This document shows, one piece after another, positions 14,180-27,655 of a stretch of 64,000 bases of DNA (position 1 is its first letter; every line of letters begins with the position of its first letter). The DNA comes from the human T2T-CHM13v2.0 reference genome, Homo sapiens: assembly GCF_009914755.1 (NCBI RefSeq), contig NC_060931.1; one strand, written 5' to 3'. The translations under genes and the position numbers were made by a program. The notes under the pieces were generated by a model that made no database searches, was not told where the DNA came from, and was given only the letters and a program-made list of their open reading frames with translations.

Positions 14180-14551
14180 CATTTGAGGAATTCTCTTGTC
14201 AGCCGGCCAACACAGAAACACAGAGGGAGTGGGAGGGAGGGAGAGGCAGGCAGCTTGGCAAGGCAGTCCTGGAGTGCAGTTTCCGGAGCAAGATCACACA
14301 CAGTGTTTTAGGAGCTCAGGGAAGGTGTGCAGGAACATAAAGGGGAAGGGGGCCAGGTTTGAAAGAGTGGATTTTTCCTATTTTTTCCACCTTTTATTCC
14401 TCCTGTCTTTGAATACTTGTCATCCTTTGGAAAACTCAGCATCGGAAAGAAGCCTTTGCTGACACACTGCTTTTTCTCCAGCGCTATATTGTGGGTTTTT
14501 TGTTTTTGCTCTTTTCATTTTTCTTTTCCTCTGAGGGCAGGAGGTGAGACA
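14180..14551 (+). promoter_or_regulatory. Candidate alternative promoter / 5' UTR upstream of the putative coding exon
   Basis: No recognisable TE. GA-rich boxes (gggagggagggag), ETS-like ttccgg, TATA-like cataaa at about 14336, and no + strand ATG from about 14151 to 14551. Confidence 0.4.
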
Positions 14552-14599
14552 ATGATCAAGTCAAGCTGGTTCTATGTTAAGTTCAAGTATGCAGAGAAG
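14552..14599 (+). CDS. Candidate alternative first coding exon, MIKSSWFYVKFKYAEK (phase-0 donor); host gene unidentified
   Basis: ATG with A at -3 (gacaATG), then 16 open codons ending exactly at the consensus donor AAG|GTAAGT (GT at 14600-14601), in unique sequence. Confidence 0.5.
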
Positions 14600-15338
14600 G
14601 TAAGTCAATATGGTTTCTTTTCCCAGGGGAAACCTGCCACCTCCCTCCAGTCTTGTCATGTTGATGGGCTCCTCTGGCCACTTGGGGAAGTGAATGAAGC
14701 TGAGAAGTTGTATTTGTGAATGTATTTCCTTTGGCTTAATGATCCTTGGATGAAGCACAAGCTCTTTGCTTGCAATCTGACGTTGCCGCTGACCAAGTGG
14801 AAGCAATCTTCAGACTCTGTTCCGGAGGCATGATTTAGAGTTTAAAGAGGGGAAATAATGAAACTACAATAACAGGAAAGGCAGGATATTCTGCTTTAGA
14901 TTGAATAGAGAATTTTCAAGGTATTATTTGTTACAAAGGTAGATATATTTTTGGTTCTGAAACAAATTGACAGTCACTTCCTATTACCTGTTGGCTTAGA
15001 ATTTTTTTCCTCTTTCAGTTAACTAACTGCTTACTCATTTGTAGTCTTACTTGGTTGTAGAAAGAATCCCCATAAGGTTGTCTGACCATATATGAGATGA
15101 TCTCTTTACTGTCTGTCAGGGGATTATATTTTATGAATGAATTTTGGTTGTACCTAAAATTTTGATGTTAAACAGTTCCACTGTATTTTAACATACCATT
15201 TCTGGACTTTTAGGGGAAAAGTGTACTTTCTAATACATCTTCACTTACCGGGGCTGTTTGACATCTTTTTGGTTCCACATCCATATGTGTCACTTACTCT
15301 GTTGGGAATTTACAGGATTAGAAATGAGGTTTCCAGGA

Positions 15339-15381
15339 GAGGATATAGCTCAGAGGTAGAGCATTGGACTGCAGATCAAGA
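15339..15381 (+). pseudogene. 3'-truncated (tailless) tRNA-Cys(GCA) retropseudogene
   Basis: gaggatatagctcagaggtagagcattggactGCAgatcaaga matches the 5' ~43 nt of tRNA-Cys-GCA. It is flanked by 20-bp direct repeats agaaatgaggtttccaggag (15320-15339) and agaaatgagatttccaggag (15379-15398). Confidence 0.92.
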
Positions 15382-16999
15382 AATGAGATTTCCAGGAGGA
15401 TCCTAACGTGTGCCTCCCTTTTGAAATCTTCCCTCCTTGATTTGATTGTTGAAAACGTTGGCATATTGATTGTAGAGTTAAGCTGAGGCTCTATAGAATG
15501 GAACTGTGATGTGGCAAGATGGAAAATTGTGCGACTGTCTTTATACTCCTTATGATTATATGCATAAGCACATTAAATATGCCTCTTCCATTCACCTAGT
15601 TTAAAAAAAAAGTTAGAACATTTTCAACTCCTTTTTACTGCATTTTTTTTTTCTGTGTGGACTTGTTTCTGCTGTGTTTTTAAGACAGCAAAATTACTCT
15701 TTCTTTACCCATGTTGAAATTACAGGATTTTTATTTAAAATATCCATTTTTTATTTTAAACTCACTTGCATTGTTAACTATTAAAGCTATTATAAGTAAA
15801 ATATTATCTATTCATGCACAGGATTGGGAAAGATTGTGGTTTGGGATTTTTTTTTCTCAGTAGATTACTTTCCTTTGAGAAGCCGACCATCCATTGTTTG
15901 CTGTTATGAATTTTGATAACTGAAAACTGTACTCTGCCTTCTTATGCTTTCCCTTTTATCTTGAATGTTCTGTCATGGGAACCTGAAACTCAAGAGTTAA
16001 GGCACGTAAATAAACTAATGTGAAAAGGGGAAAAGCATTTCCAGAAATGATTGTCATAAAAAGAAAAAGAAGGAGAACGTTAAGTTAATTGCTTCATTTG
16101 AATTACCATGCTGCTATTCCTTTAGCAACCAAACAAGCAGAGAATGCTTCCATATGGCAAGGCACAAGTGTAATGTAAAGCTAAGTAATGTAAGGCTCTA
16201 TACCTAATTGAAGGATATTCGTCTTGATTTTATGAGGATAGAAGAAAAAGAGAAATCTCATTCTTGTTCTTGGCATGGTTATGGTGCTCAAGATCTCAGT
16301 GATTCTCTGCAGAACTTTTGTTCTTTCACAATGATTCAATTTAAAAATTTTCATTGGAGATTTTTGTTTTCCAAAACTCATCAAGATGGATTGAGTTTTA
16401 ACCTAGAGAGATAATAAGTCTTAGTGTAAACACAGGGACAGCATTGATAACAAAACAAACTAAAACCATCTTTTTTGTATTCCTCTAAAAAGCCATTCTT
16501 ACAAAGGCTTTTTGATTTGGAATTTCCCTCACTATCTTTAAAAGGACAAAAAAAGAAATTCCTCTCTTGATTGTCAACTACTGACCATTTTGATTTGATA
16601 TAAGCTTGTAATTGTTGGAAAGATATTTCTGCTGTGATGTTTGTCCAAAACTATAAGAAAATACATCACACAATCTCTTCAATATCCATCTCCTAGTTTA
16701 TCATTTAGGAAGATGATTTAATCAGTCTTCAGTAGTGAGAAAGAAAAATTAAGAATGGCAAGTAACGCATGACCAAAAACATTGGCATAAGAGAATACTG
16801 TTCACTTGTGATCACTGGAATCATGATCCCTTTCAAAAATTAAAATATATAATAAAACAAACACTGTTTTTTTAACCACCACCACACTAACACACATGTT
16901 CCTCTGTAAGAATTTCCATCTAAATTATTTATGAGTTGTCTCTTTCTTGAATTAGATTGGTGCCTAGCTATCTTTCTTTCTAAAAGAGTGCTTACTTCA

Positions 17000-17680
17000 A
17001 TTAATTTCATCCTATACCCCCTTTCTCTTTTTATTCTACATATTCTCCCTGAGCAATTTCCTTTTTGGTGTGTTTTTCTATGTCCTATAAGTGATGATTC
17101 CAAAAGCTCTATATCTAGCATAATATCTTTCTTGAGTTTCTGAGGTATATATTTAATTGGTTAGGTAGATATCTGTCCTGAAGTTCAACAGATTCCTCAA
17201 ATGCAGCATTTCTAAAGTATAGTTAATTTCTTCTTCCTTAACCAAGGATTTTCTTCCTCTTACATCTCCTAGCACAGCTAAGGCATCCCTATCCAGCCAG
17301 TCATCTTTGTTCCCAAAGGAGCTGTTTTAGTTCTGTTCTTATCATCTCCCTTCTGGCTTATTAGAGGAGCCTCCTAATCGATCTCCCTGCCACATTCATG
17401 GTGCTTCCAGTGCTCCAAAACCCTGCTAGAGGTATCTTAAAAGGTCAGTCTGAGTCTGTTTTGCTGCTTGTTAATGGTTCCCCTCTCCCATCTAAGCATT
17501 CTCACTACATCTCCCTCAACAGTGCTAGCCCTTGACCTTGTATATACATAATACACCTTATTGTAATTTCTTATTCACCTGCGTCTTCTATAGTAACATA
17601 TGATCCTAGAGATACAGAATTACATTGTGTTTTTGATTTTGATTTTTCTATCCAGAATCCCTGCACGTAATAGATATTTA
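17000..17680 (+). mobile_element. L2 fragment
   Basis: Pyrimidine-rich L2 body (gatgattccaaaagctctatatctagc; agcctcctaatcgatctccctgcc) and 3' end. Confidence 0.65.
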
Positions 17681-17686
17681 TTCCCT

Positions 17687-17998
<312 letters not shown>

Positions 17999-18024
17999 CT
18001 ACTGAGTAAATCTGTGACTTTTTC

Positions 18025-18157
18025 CCAGGAGTCTGGCCGACCTGAGTTTGAATTCTGCTTCTGCCATTTACTGGTAGTATATGACCTTGGGCAATATATT
18101 GAAACTCAATTGAATTGTTTTCTCATCTATTAAATGAGGAGTATTATCACCTAATGT
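18025..18157 (+). mobile_element. MIR 5' half (interrupted by the L1 block)
   Basis: ggagtctggccgacctgagtttgaattctgcttctgccatttact...tgaccttgggcaa...tctcatctattaaatgag. Confidence 0.8.
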
Positions 18158-19464
18158 ATTTTTCAGTTAAACTTCTTATTTTGAGATAATGGTAGTACGT
18201 AATAATAGTACAATATGCAGTTTTAAGAAATAAAATGTAAAGATCCCATATGCCCTTTACCTAGTTTCCTCAATGGTAACATATTGTAAAACCATAGTAA
18301 AATATCACAACAAGGATATTGACATCAGTACAGTGAAAATACAGAACAACCACATCACCAAAAGTCTCTCTCCTGATGGCCTTTGATAGCCATGCCTCTT
18401 TCCTTCTACCTTCACAACCCCCATCATTAACTCCTGATATGCAATCACTTTTCTCCATTTTTATAATTTTGTCGTCTCAAGAATGTTATATAAATGGAAT
18501 CATACAGGATGCAGCTTTTTGGAATTTTCTGTTTTTACTCAGCATAATGTTTTAGAGATTCGTTCAAGTTGTATGCTATTAGTTTCTGAGTAGTATTCTA
18601 TGGTATGGGTGTACCATAGTTTATTTAATCATTCTTCTGTTGATGGACATCTGAGTTGTTTTCCTAGAAGTACTATGAACATTTGTTTATAGGTTTTGTT
18701 GTGAACATAAGTTTTCTTTTCTCTAGGATAATTGTCCAAGAGTGCAGTTGCTGGGTAGTATGTATAGTATTTGCGTGGTTAATTTTTAAGAAGCCACCAA
18801 ACTGTCTTCCTGGCTGACTCTACTATTGCATATTCTCTTTAGTGCACTGTATTAGCGATTCCGTTTACTTGCGCATTCACCAGCATGCAATGATGTTGGT
18901 GGTGTTTCTGGTTTTTTATTTTAGCCATTCTATTGGTGTGTACTGATGGTGTCCAGTGATGGGTTTTAATTTGCGTTTCCCTAATGGCTAATAATGTTGA
19001 ACATCTTTTCATTTGCTTATTTGTCATTTGAGTATCTTCTTTTGTTAAATGTCTCTTGCTCTTTAAATGTCTTTTGCCCATTTTCTAATTGGATTTAAAA
19101 ATTTTTACTGTTGAGTTTTTCACAGTTCCTAATATTTTCTAGACAGTAAGTCTTTATTGGGTATGTGGTTTGCACATATTTTCTTCTAATTTATAGCTTG
19201 TCTATTCATCCTCTTTCAGAGTCTTCCTCAGAGTAGAAGTTTTAAACTTTGATGCAGTCCAGTGTATGGATCCTTTCCTTTATATTCTTGCTTTTATTGT
19301 CAAGTCTTAAAACTCTTTGCTTATCCTTTGATCCTGAAGATTTTTCTTTTCCTTTTTTCCTAAAAGCTTTATATTTCATATTTAAGTCCATGATCCATTT
19401 TGAGATAAATTTTTTATAAGATATGAAACTTAGGTCAAAGTTTTTCTTTGTGTGTGTGTGCGTG

Positions 19465-19497
<33 letters not shown>

Positions 19498-21245
19498 ACG
19501 TTCCTGTATATGTCCAGTTGTTTTAGCACCACTTATGGAAAAGACTATTCTTTCTCCATTAAATTGTTCTTGTACCTTTGTCCAAAATCAGTTTACTGTA
19601 CTTAAATGGGTCTGTTTTGGGTTTCTCTATTCCTCAATTGATTTAATGTCTGTTCCTCTACCAAGATCAAAAAGTCTTGATTACTGTAGCTATTCTTTTT
19701 CAAAATTGCTTAAGATAAAATAGTACCTGTGTTTTTTCATATAAATTTTATAATAACCTCATCTGTGTTTACAGAAAATCTTTCCGGTGTTTTGATAAGA
19801 ATTGTGTTAAACCAGGATATTGGTTTTGGGAATTTTTTTTTTAAGTACTTTGTTGAGTCTTTCTCTTCATGAAGAGGTTTGTCTCTCCGTTTATTTAGAT
19901 CTTGTTTGATCTCTTTTATCATTTTGTAGTTTTCAGCATACAAGTCCTATATGAATTAGATTTATAACTATCACTTTTGGGGGGCACTTGAAATGGTATT
20001 GTATTTCTAATTTAGATTTTACATGCATATTGTTAGTATACAGAATACAACTTATTTTCAAATGTTGTTTTTTGTATCCTGTAACCTTGATAAATGGAGT
20101 TATTAGTTTGAGGAACTTATTTGTAGTTCTTTGAAATTTTCTGTATAGACAATTATGTCATTTGCAAATGAGGACAGATTTATTTCTTCCTATCTGATAT
20201 CTATGCTTTTTAAATTTCCTTTTCTTGGCTAATTGCACTGAGTAGAACTTCTCATGCGGTGTGAACTAAGAGTGGTGAGAGTGAATATCCTTGTCTTGTT
20301 CCTGATATTTGGGGAAAAATGCATTCAGTCTTTTGCTGTTTAGTACAATGTTAGCTGTAGGATTTTTCTCTATGTTCTTTATCAAATTGAAGTAGTTCCT
20401 TTCTATTCCTAGTTTTCTGAGATTTTTTTTATCATGAATGGATGTAGAATTTTGCCAAATGCTTTTTCTGTGTTAATTGATATAATTATTAGGTTTTTCT
20501 TTTATAGCCTATTAATACGGTAGAGTACATTGCTTGATTTTCAGATATTGAACCATTCTTGCAAGCCTGGAAAAAGTTCTATTTAGTCAATGTGTATAAT
20601 TCTTTGTATGTATCGCTCAATTTTATTTACTTATATTTTGTTAAGGACTTTTGCATCTGTACTTACGAGAAATACTGGTCTGTAATTTTCTTTTTGTAAT
20701 GGTTTTATTATGAGGATATTACTGGCTCCATAAAATGATTTAAAAGTGTTCACTCCTTATTTGTTTGCTGGAAGAGATTATGTATAATTGGTTTTCATTC
20801 TTCTTTAAACATTGTGTGGAATTCTGTAGTGGAAACCCATCTGGGTCTGGAAACGTCTTTTTTAGATATTGTTAATTTAAGAAATTAAATTTTCTTAATT
20901 TAAGTTATTGGGCTACTTAAATTACTGTTTTTCATATTTGGTGGGTTCTGGTAGTTTTTCTTTGTAAGGAAGTGGTCCACTTCATCTAAGTTGTCAAATT
21001 TAAGTGTGCAGAACTGTTGATAGTATTCTTTATTGACTTCTTGATGTCTGTATAGTTATATTCCTTGTTTCATCCCTGATATTGATAATAATGTCTGTGT
21101 CTTTTTTCTGTGTCAGTCATACTAGATGTTTGTCAATTTTATTGATTTTTTTCAAAGAACAAGTTTTGTGTTCCATTGATTTTTCTCTCTTGTTTTCCTG
21201 TTTTCAACTTATTTTTTTCTATTCTGTTATCTTAATTATTTCTTC
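18158..21245 (-). mobile_element. Ancient L1 (L1MC/L1MD-like) 3' UTR and ORF2 remnant
   Basis: 3' end motif cccatatgccctttacctagtttcctcaatggtaacat. Decayed ORF2 peptides on the minus strand (KRHLTKEDTQMTNKQMKRCST; ENYK..KEIKQDLNK). Contains (TG)n at 19449-19496. Confidence 0.9.
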
Positions 21246-21623
21246 CATCTGCAAGCTAGAAAACCAGGAAAGCTGGAGAGTGTAGTTCAGTCTGACTCTG
21301 AAGGCCTGAGAATGAGGGGTCCAGTGGCGTAAATCTCTTTTCAAGACTGAAGGCCTGAGAACCACAAGGGCTGATGTTCCATCTCCAAGGGCAGGAGATT
21401 TGGATGTCCCAGCTCAAACAGAGAGTAAATTTCTCCTTCCTCTGCCTTTTTGTTCTGTTTGGGTCTCAATGGATTGAATGAGGTCCACGTGCCCAAATAG
21501 GGCATCTTCTTTAATAAGTCTACCAATTCAAATGCTATTCTCTTCCAGAAACATACTCACAGACATACCAAAAAATAATGTTTTACCAGCTCTTTAAGTT
21601 GACACATAAATTTAACAATCACA
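21246..21623 (-). mobile_element. MLT2 (ERVL) LTR, partial
   Basis: Ends in aagttgacacataaatttaacaatcaca, the reverse complement of the MLT2 start TGTGATGGTTAATTTTATGTGTCAACTT; internal gaaggcctgagaa motifs. Confidence 0.85.
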
Positions 21624-22470
21624 TGTATCTTTTTTTAATTTTTGCTGCCTATATTGTTTTATTTAAAGAGAGTTTCTTATGGATAGCATAGAGTTGATTC
21701 ATTTTTACAAGTTACTGTATCATTGCTCTTTCTTCTGTCCTAGTGACTTAAGATCCTTTCTTTTAGCTATTTTTTTTTAAAAATAGAACTTCCTTTAGCC
21801 ATTCTTTTAGGGTAGTTCTCCCAGTAACTATTTATTTATTTATTTATTTTTATATGAGGTTGTCTTGATTACCTGTTGCTTACTGAGGAATGTTTGCACT
21901 TGATGTAGAATTTTGGTTGACAGTTTCTTTTGTCTTTTTCTTTCTTTCTTTTCTTTTTCTTTCAAGCCATTGAAAAATGTTGTTCTCTTTCTTCTGGCCT
22001 TCAGGGTTTCTCATGAGACATCCACTATCCTTCTTTTGTCTAGATGTCATGACTTCTTTCTCCCTGGCTGCTTCCAGATTTTTTTGCTATCTTTAGCAAA
22101 GTTTAACTATGATGTGTCTTGGTGTGGGTATCTTTGAGCTTATTCTGTTTTGTATTATCATAGCTTTTTGAATCTGTAGGTGTTGTTTTTGCCAAATTTG
22201 AGAATTTTCACCCATCATTTCTTCATGTACTTTTAAAGCCCTATTTTCCTTTTCCTCTCTCTCTGGGACTCTGAAGACACAATTGTTAGATCTTTGGTTA
22301 TAATCCCACAGATACCTGATACCCTGTTTTTTGTTGTTGTTTTGTTTGTTTGTTTTGTTTTTCAGTCTCTTTTTTTCTCTTTTGTTTAGATGAGTAATTT
22401 TAGTTGTTCTTTCAGTTCACTGATTCTTTACTCTCCTCCACCTGGTCTTGAGCCCATCCGTTGAATTTTT
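21624..22470 (-). mobile_element. L1 upstream (ORF1-side) remnant
   Basis: T-rich antisense L1 motifs (ttctggccttcagggtttctcatgag; gccaaatttgagaattttcacccatcatttcttca). Confidence 0.7.
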
Positions 22471-22474
22471 TTAA

Positions 22475-22772
<298 letters not shown>

Positions 22773-22789
22773 GATTTTTAAAAAAAATG

Positions 22790-24435
22790 CATTTTACTCT
22801 GGTAAAGATGTATTTAATGAAATTTACCATGTTAACGGTTATTAAGTATACAGTTCAATACTGTTAAATATATTCACATTGCTGTGAAACACATATCCAG
22901 AAGTTTTCCATCTTGCAAATCTGAAACTCTTTACCCATTGAACAACTCCATTTTCCTTGCTCCTCTCAGCCCCTGGTAGCCACCAGTCTACTTTCTGTTT
23001 CTCTGAATTTGACTACTGTGGATACCTTATGAATATGGAATATACAGTATTTATCTTTTTGGCACTGGCTTATTTCACTTCATAATATCCTCAAGTTTCA
23101 TCCATGTTGTAGCATGTGACAAGATTCCTTCCTTTCTAAGGCTATATAATATTCCATTGTATGAATATACGGCATACTGTTTGTCCATTCATCCATTGGA
23201 CATTTGAGTTGCTTCCACCTCTTGGCTATTGTGAATAGTGATGCTATAAGACCCTGCTTTTAGTTCTTTTTGCTATGTATGTAGAAGTGGGATTGTTGGA
23301 TCATATGGTAGTTCTGTGTTAAATTTTTTGAGGAACCTCCATAGTGTTTTCTATAGCAGTTGCACCATTTTACAATCCCACCATTAGTGCACAAGTGTTC
23401 TAATTTCTCCACATCCTCTTCAATACTTGTTCTCTGTTTTTCTTGATAGTAGCAATCTCAATAGATCTGAGGGGATAATGCATTTCTCTAATGATTAGTG
23501 ATGTTGAGAATCTTTGTTGGCTACCTGTGTATTATCTTTGGAGAAATTTCTATTCAAACTTTTTTTCATTTTTTAATCAGTTATTTGTTTTTCATTGTTT
23601 GGTTGCAGAAGTTCTTTACATATTCTGGATTTTAACCTTTTTTCGGGCATATGGTTTGGAAACATTTTTTCCCATTCCATAGGTTTCTTTTTCACTCTGT
23701 TGATTGTGTCCTTTGATGAACAAAAGTTTTTAAGTTTGATGTAGTTCCATCTGTCTGTTTTTGCTTTTGTTACCTGTGCTTTTGTTGTCACATCCAAGAA
23801 AGATTGTCAAATCCAATGTCATGAAGCTTTTCCTCAATGTTTTCTTCTAGCAGTTTTGTGATTTTATACTTTTATGTCTTACATTTAGGTCTTTATCCAT
23901 GTTGAGTTAATTTTTGTATATGGTGTAAAGGGTCCAGTTTTATTCTTTTGCATGTGAGCGTCCAGTTTTCCCACACCATTTGTTGAATAAACTATCTTTC
24001 TCCATTGAACGGCTTTGACACCTTTGTCAAAGATTGTTTAACCATGTATGTGAAGGTTTATTTCTGGGCTTGATATTATATTCCATTGGTCTGTTTATCT
24101 GTCTTCGTGCCAGTACCACACTGTTTTGGTTACCACAGTTTTGTAATATATTTTGAAATCAGAAAGTTTAAGTCCTTTAACTTTGTTCTTTTTCTAAATT
24201 GTTTGGTGATTTGGAGTCCTTTGAGATTACATATGAATTTTAGGATGCATTTTTCTATTTCTGCTAAAATTGCCATTGGGATTTTGATAGAGATTGTATT
24301 TATGGATCATTTGTGGTACTATGGACATTTTAACAACAGTAGGTATAACAATATTAAAGCCCATGGTCAACCACAAACATGGAATGCCTTTCCATTTATT
24401 TGTAGCTCTTTTATTTCAGCAGTGTTTTGTATTTT
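22790..24435 (-). mobile_element. L1MB-like 3' UTR and ORF2 3' remnant
   Basis: aaatttaccat...ttaagtatacagttca...catcttgcaaatctgaaactc 3' end; ORF2 peptide KAQVTKAKTDRWNYIKLKNFC. Confidence 0.9.
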
Positions 24436-24439
24436 GGGA

Positions 24440-24823
24440 GCAGTGTTGGAAGTCTGGACTCCAGTACTTGTCTTTACAGTTTCCCTCTTTTCTGATTCTT
24501 TGGCTAAAGACAACAAACTTTTCTAGGGGCTTGTTTTGGTATGTGTCATTGACATTACTGGGTTTCTGTTTTTTCAACTCCAAATCTGATGACATCATAT
24601 ATCATATCGGATATATGAGACCTATAAAATGAAAACTCCTGGAGAACTCACCACCATGTCATTTTTGGGGGCCCCCAGGTTTTAAGCCAGTACGTCATCT
24701 TCTTTTCACTTTTCAGAGTCTGTTTATATTTATTTTATGTATAATGTTGAGGGATTTTAGTTGTACTTAGTGTGGATAATAGGGAAAAGTATGTCTACTC
24801 CATTTTCTTGGAAGCAGAAGTTC
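24440..24823 (-). mobile_element. L1MC/MD-like 5' end remnant
   Basis: aatagggaaaagtatgtctactccattttcttggaagcagaagt, recalled as the 5' terminus of old L1M elements. Confidence 0.55.
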
Positions 24824-24824
24824 C

Positions 24825-24915
24825 CTAAGATGCTTTTAAAACAGTGGTTAAATAACATAATGTTGAGAGTATTTGCATGGTGCAAGGCCTGAGTGCTCAA
24901 TAGAGGGTGATAATT
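24825..24915 (+). mobile_element. MIR 3' half
   Basis: ttaaataacataatg...gcatggtgc...gagtgctcaata matches the MIR 3' end. Confidence 0.6.
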
Positions 24916-25351
24916 GCCTTTTATTATCTTCATCTTTCTCCTATTTGAAGTATCAGTCACACTTTGCTATAGAGGCAGCTCCAGTTTAAGTTTACCTTGC
25001 TTTAGATAAATTGTATTATCACTAACACATACATTTGCATCTTCATACCCTTTATTGCAATTCCATCAAGATGTAGATTCCAGAAACAACATTGTCTTTT
25101 CAGTATTTTTCTTTTTCCAGGCAATTTTGACAATGCATTTTTGTAATAAGACTGGAATTACTAATTCTGGTTTTATTGAAAAACTGTTAGCCATTTCAGC
25201 CAGAAGAAGATCATGGAGGAAACAATAAATTTTCTTCATGAGCTATTCAATCCAACGAGATACTGAATTAAGTGCAGGAAATCAGTACACTTTTTGTTTG
25301 ATAAGAAGTGTTCCTCTGAAAAACCATTCTTAGATCATTATAAATATTATT

Positions 25352-25652
25352 GGTTGGATGCAGTGGCTCATGCCTGTAATCCCAGCACTTTGGGAGGCCA
25401 AGGCAGGATGATTGCTTGAGCTCAGGAGTTTGACACCAGCCTAGGCAACATGGTGAAACCCTGTCTTTATAAAAAATAAAAAAATAAAAATTTAGCTGGG
25501 TGTAGTGGTATGTGTCTATGGTCCCAGCTAATTGGGAGGCTAAAGTGGGAGGATCTCATGAGCTCAGGAGATTGAGGCTGCAATGAGCCATGATTGCACC
25601 TCTGTATTCCAGCCTGGACGGACAGGGCAAGACCCTGTCTGTCTCAAAGAAA
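25352..25652 (+). mobile_element. AluJ
   Basis: Dimeric Alu with J diagnostics. Confidence 0.95.
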
Positions 25653-25653
25653 C

Positions 25654-25709
<56 letters not shown>

Positions 25710-25732
25710 CGCACACACACACGCACACACAC
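25654..25732. repeat. (CA)n microsatellite in the Alu tail
   Basis: About 39 CA/CG units directly after the Alu. Confidence 0.95.
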
Positions 25733-26891
25733 CCATTACCAGTCTTCCTGGGAATTTTATTCTATATCTGTCTATAAGTTTAAAGTTATGTACTCTAGCT
25801 TAGCCTTTAACTTCAGAGTTAATTTGAAATTTATTTAAAAACTATTTTTGGAAATTTACATAATCATGATGACTGCATGTAAACTGTTAGTAATATTTTA
25901 TAGAGTTTCCTTGGGTTTTCTGTTAGAATGAAGTAATAAATTTGTGTCAGAAAACTATTTGGGAAATTTAGAAGAAATTTAAGCTAAGGAACATAAGCTG
26001 TGGAGCATGGCCCTAAGAATCCTTTTATTCTCATTTGATAAACAGTAGAATCCAGACAGGGAAGAACCTTATTTTCTCTGCCTTTGCTAGTTGGTGGAGG
26101 AAAACTTGCTGTTTGAGACAAGTAGGACTTGATCTTTCTATCCTGTACTTTTTTCATCATCCTCAAAGAGGGCTTATTTCAGTGGATAGACCATTCATAG
26201 TTTTGACAGCTCAAATAACCCTTAAGGATGAGCAACAACTGAAAAGTTCCAAGGGCTTTATTTCCAATGGAAGGATTTCAATTACAGTCATTTTTTCAAG
26301 TTAGTACAAGGAGGTAAATGGAATCACAGTTTCAAATGTTAAATTTGAAGACTACACCATTACCAGTGTATTTTGGAAATAAAAGATGCAGCCAATCTAA
26401 ATCAAAGACATGATTCCAGATTACCTCATAAGAGTATGAGGAAGACTACAGGCAGCAGTTGAGCCACTTGATATGGAAGAGTATGCAGTGCATCAAATGT
26501 GACTTTCATTAAGCCGTGTTACCCTTGTTTGCTACTGAGGGCAGGAGGCATCCTTTTCAACAGCCTGTAATAGCTTCTTGTTGAAAGGCTGCCTGCTATA
26601 CAGATGCAGCAGCAGAGAGAGAAAAGAGGGATACAGATTCACATATTCGCCTTGTTTTTTAAATGCCATTTTTGCCATTTTTGGAGTTGGTTTCCAGTGC
26701 TTAGAATAGCTGTAAGTATATAGTAGTTATTTACTGTATGTTTTTGTGTGAGTAAGTAAGAGAAGGAATTAATGAATTAGGCTTTATAAACTGGAAGTTT
26801 TTGTTGTGCACACATTAAGCTAAGCTTCTATCCCTTCTCTTCTCCACATGGTACCACCAGACTTTTCCCCACTTCACCCCCTCATCTACCA

Positions 26892-27050
26892 TTTTTTGTT
26901 TTGTGTTTTTGTTTGTTTGTTTTTTGAGATGGAGTCTCTCACTCTGTCGCCCAGGCTGGAATGCAGTGATGCCACTGGGTTCCAGTGATCCTCCAGCCTC
27001 AGCCTCCTGAGCAGCTGGGATTACAGGCACCTGCCACCATGCCCAGCTAA
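26892..27050 (-). mobile_element. Alu right arm (FRAM/truncated) with internal deletion
   Basis: gagatggagtctctcactctgtcgcccaggctgg...gcccagctaatt; no left arm. Confidence 0.9.
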
Positions 27051-27483
27051 TTACATCAACCTTTTAAAACTTATTTTTCTCTCTAGAATTTGTTTGTGTG
27101 CACTTAAAGAGTAAGTGGGAGGATCTCAAGACAGTACAGAAAGAGTTGGACATCTAGTTCAGTTTTGCAGAGGGAGTGCAGAGAAACTTCCTTGGAGTTA
27201 TATAATTGATTTTTGGAACCTCATTTGTAGGATAGTTGTGTGGAGAAAGGCATTCAAATTGCATTCACTGTACTTCTTAGGCCAAGATAGATCTGGTTAT
27301 GTACATACTTGTTATTTGGTAGAATACTGCTTATGTTGGCATTATCTTTTCCATACTACATTTATGAACTGGAAACAGTTAAAGCTTGAAACTGTTAAAA
27401 AAAAAAAGTGTACGCTTACATTGTATGTATTAGAAGTCATATGATTACACATCCTCATCCTCTCACCAGTCCTTTCATGTAGA

Positions 27484-27655
27484 GCAGCGGTTTGCATCTT
27501 TGGCTATACATTGGAACTACCTTGGGAATTAAAAAAAAAATTGATGTCCAAGTATCAACTCTGGAGATTCTGATTCAGTTGATCTGGGATGAAGCCTTGG
27601 CGTCAATTTTTTTAAAAAGATCCCCAGGAGTTTACAATGTGCAGTGAGGGCTCGT
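27484..27655. mobile_element. MER5-family (hAT-Charlie)
   Basis: ggctatacattggaactacc...gagattctgattcagttgatctggg...ccccagg...aatgtgcag. Confidence 0.75.

Noticed and set aside
14552-14599. Assigning a gene symbol to the candidate exon or host gene
   Set aside because: I do not reliably recognise the peptide; a database search is needed
15339-15381. Functional tRNA-Cys gene
   Set aside because: The T-arm/B box and the 3' acceptor strand are missing
25583-25838. His/Thr-repeat ORFs (also 19242-19723, and 58136 Leu/Ser/Pro)
   Set aside because: Microsatellite translations
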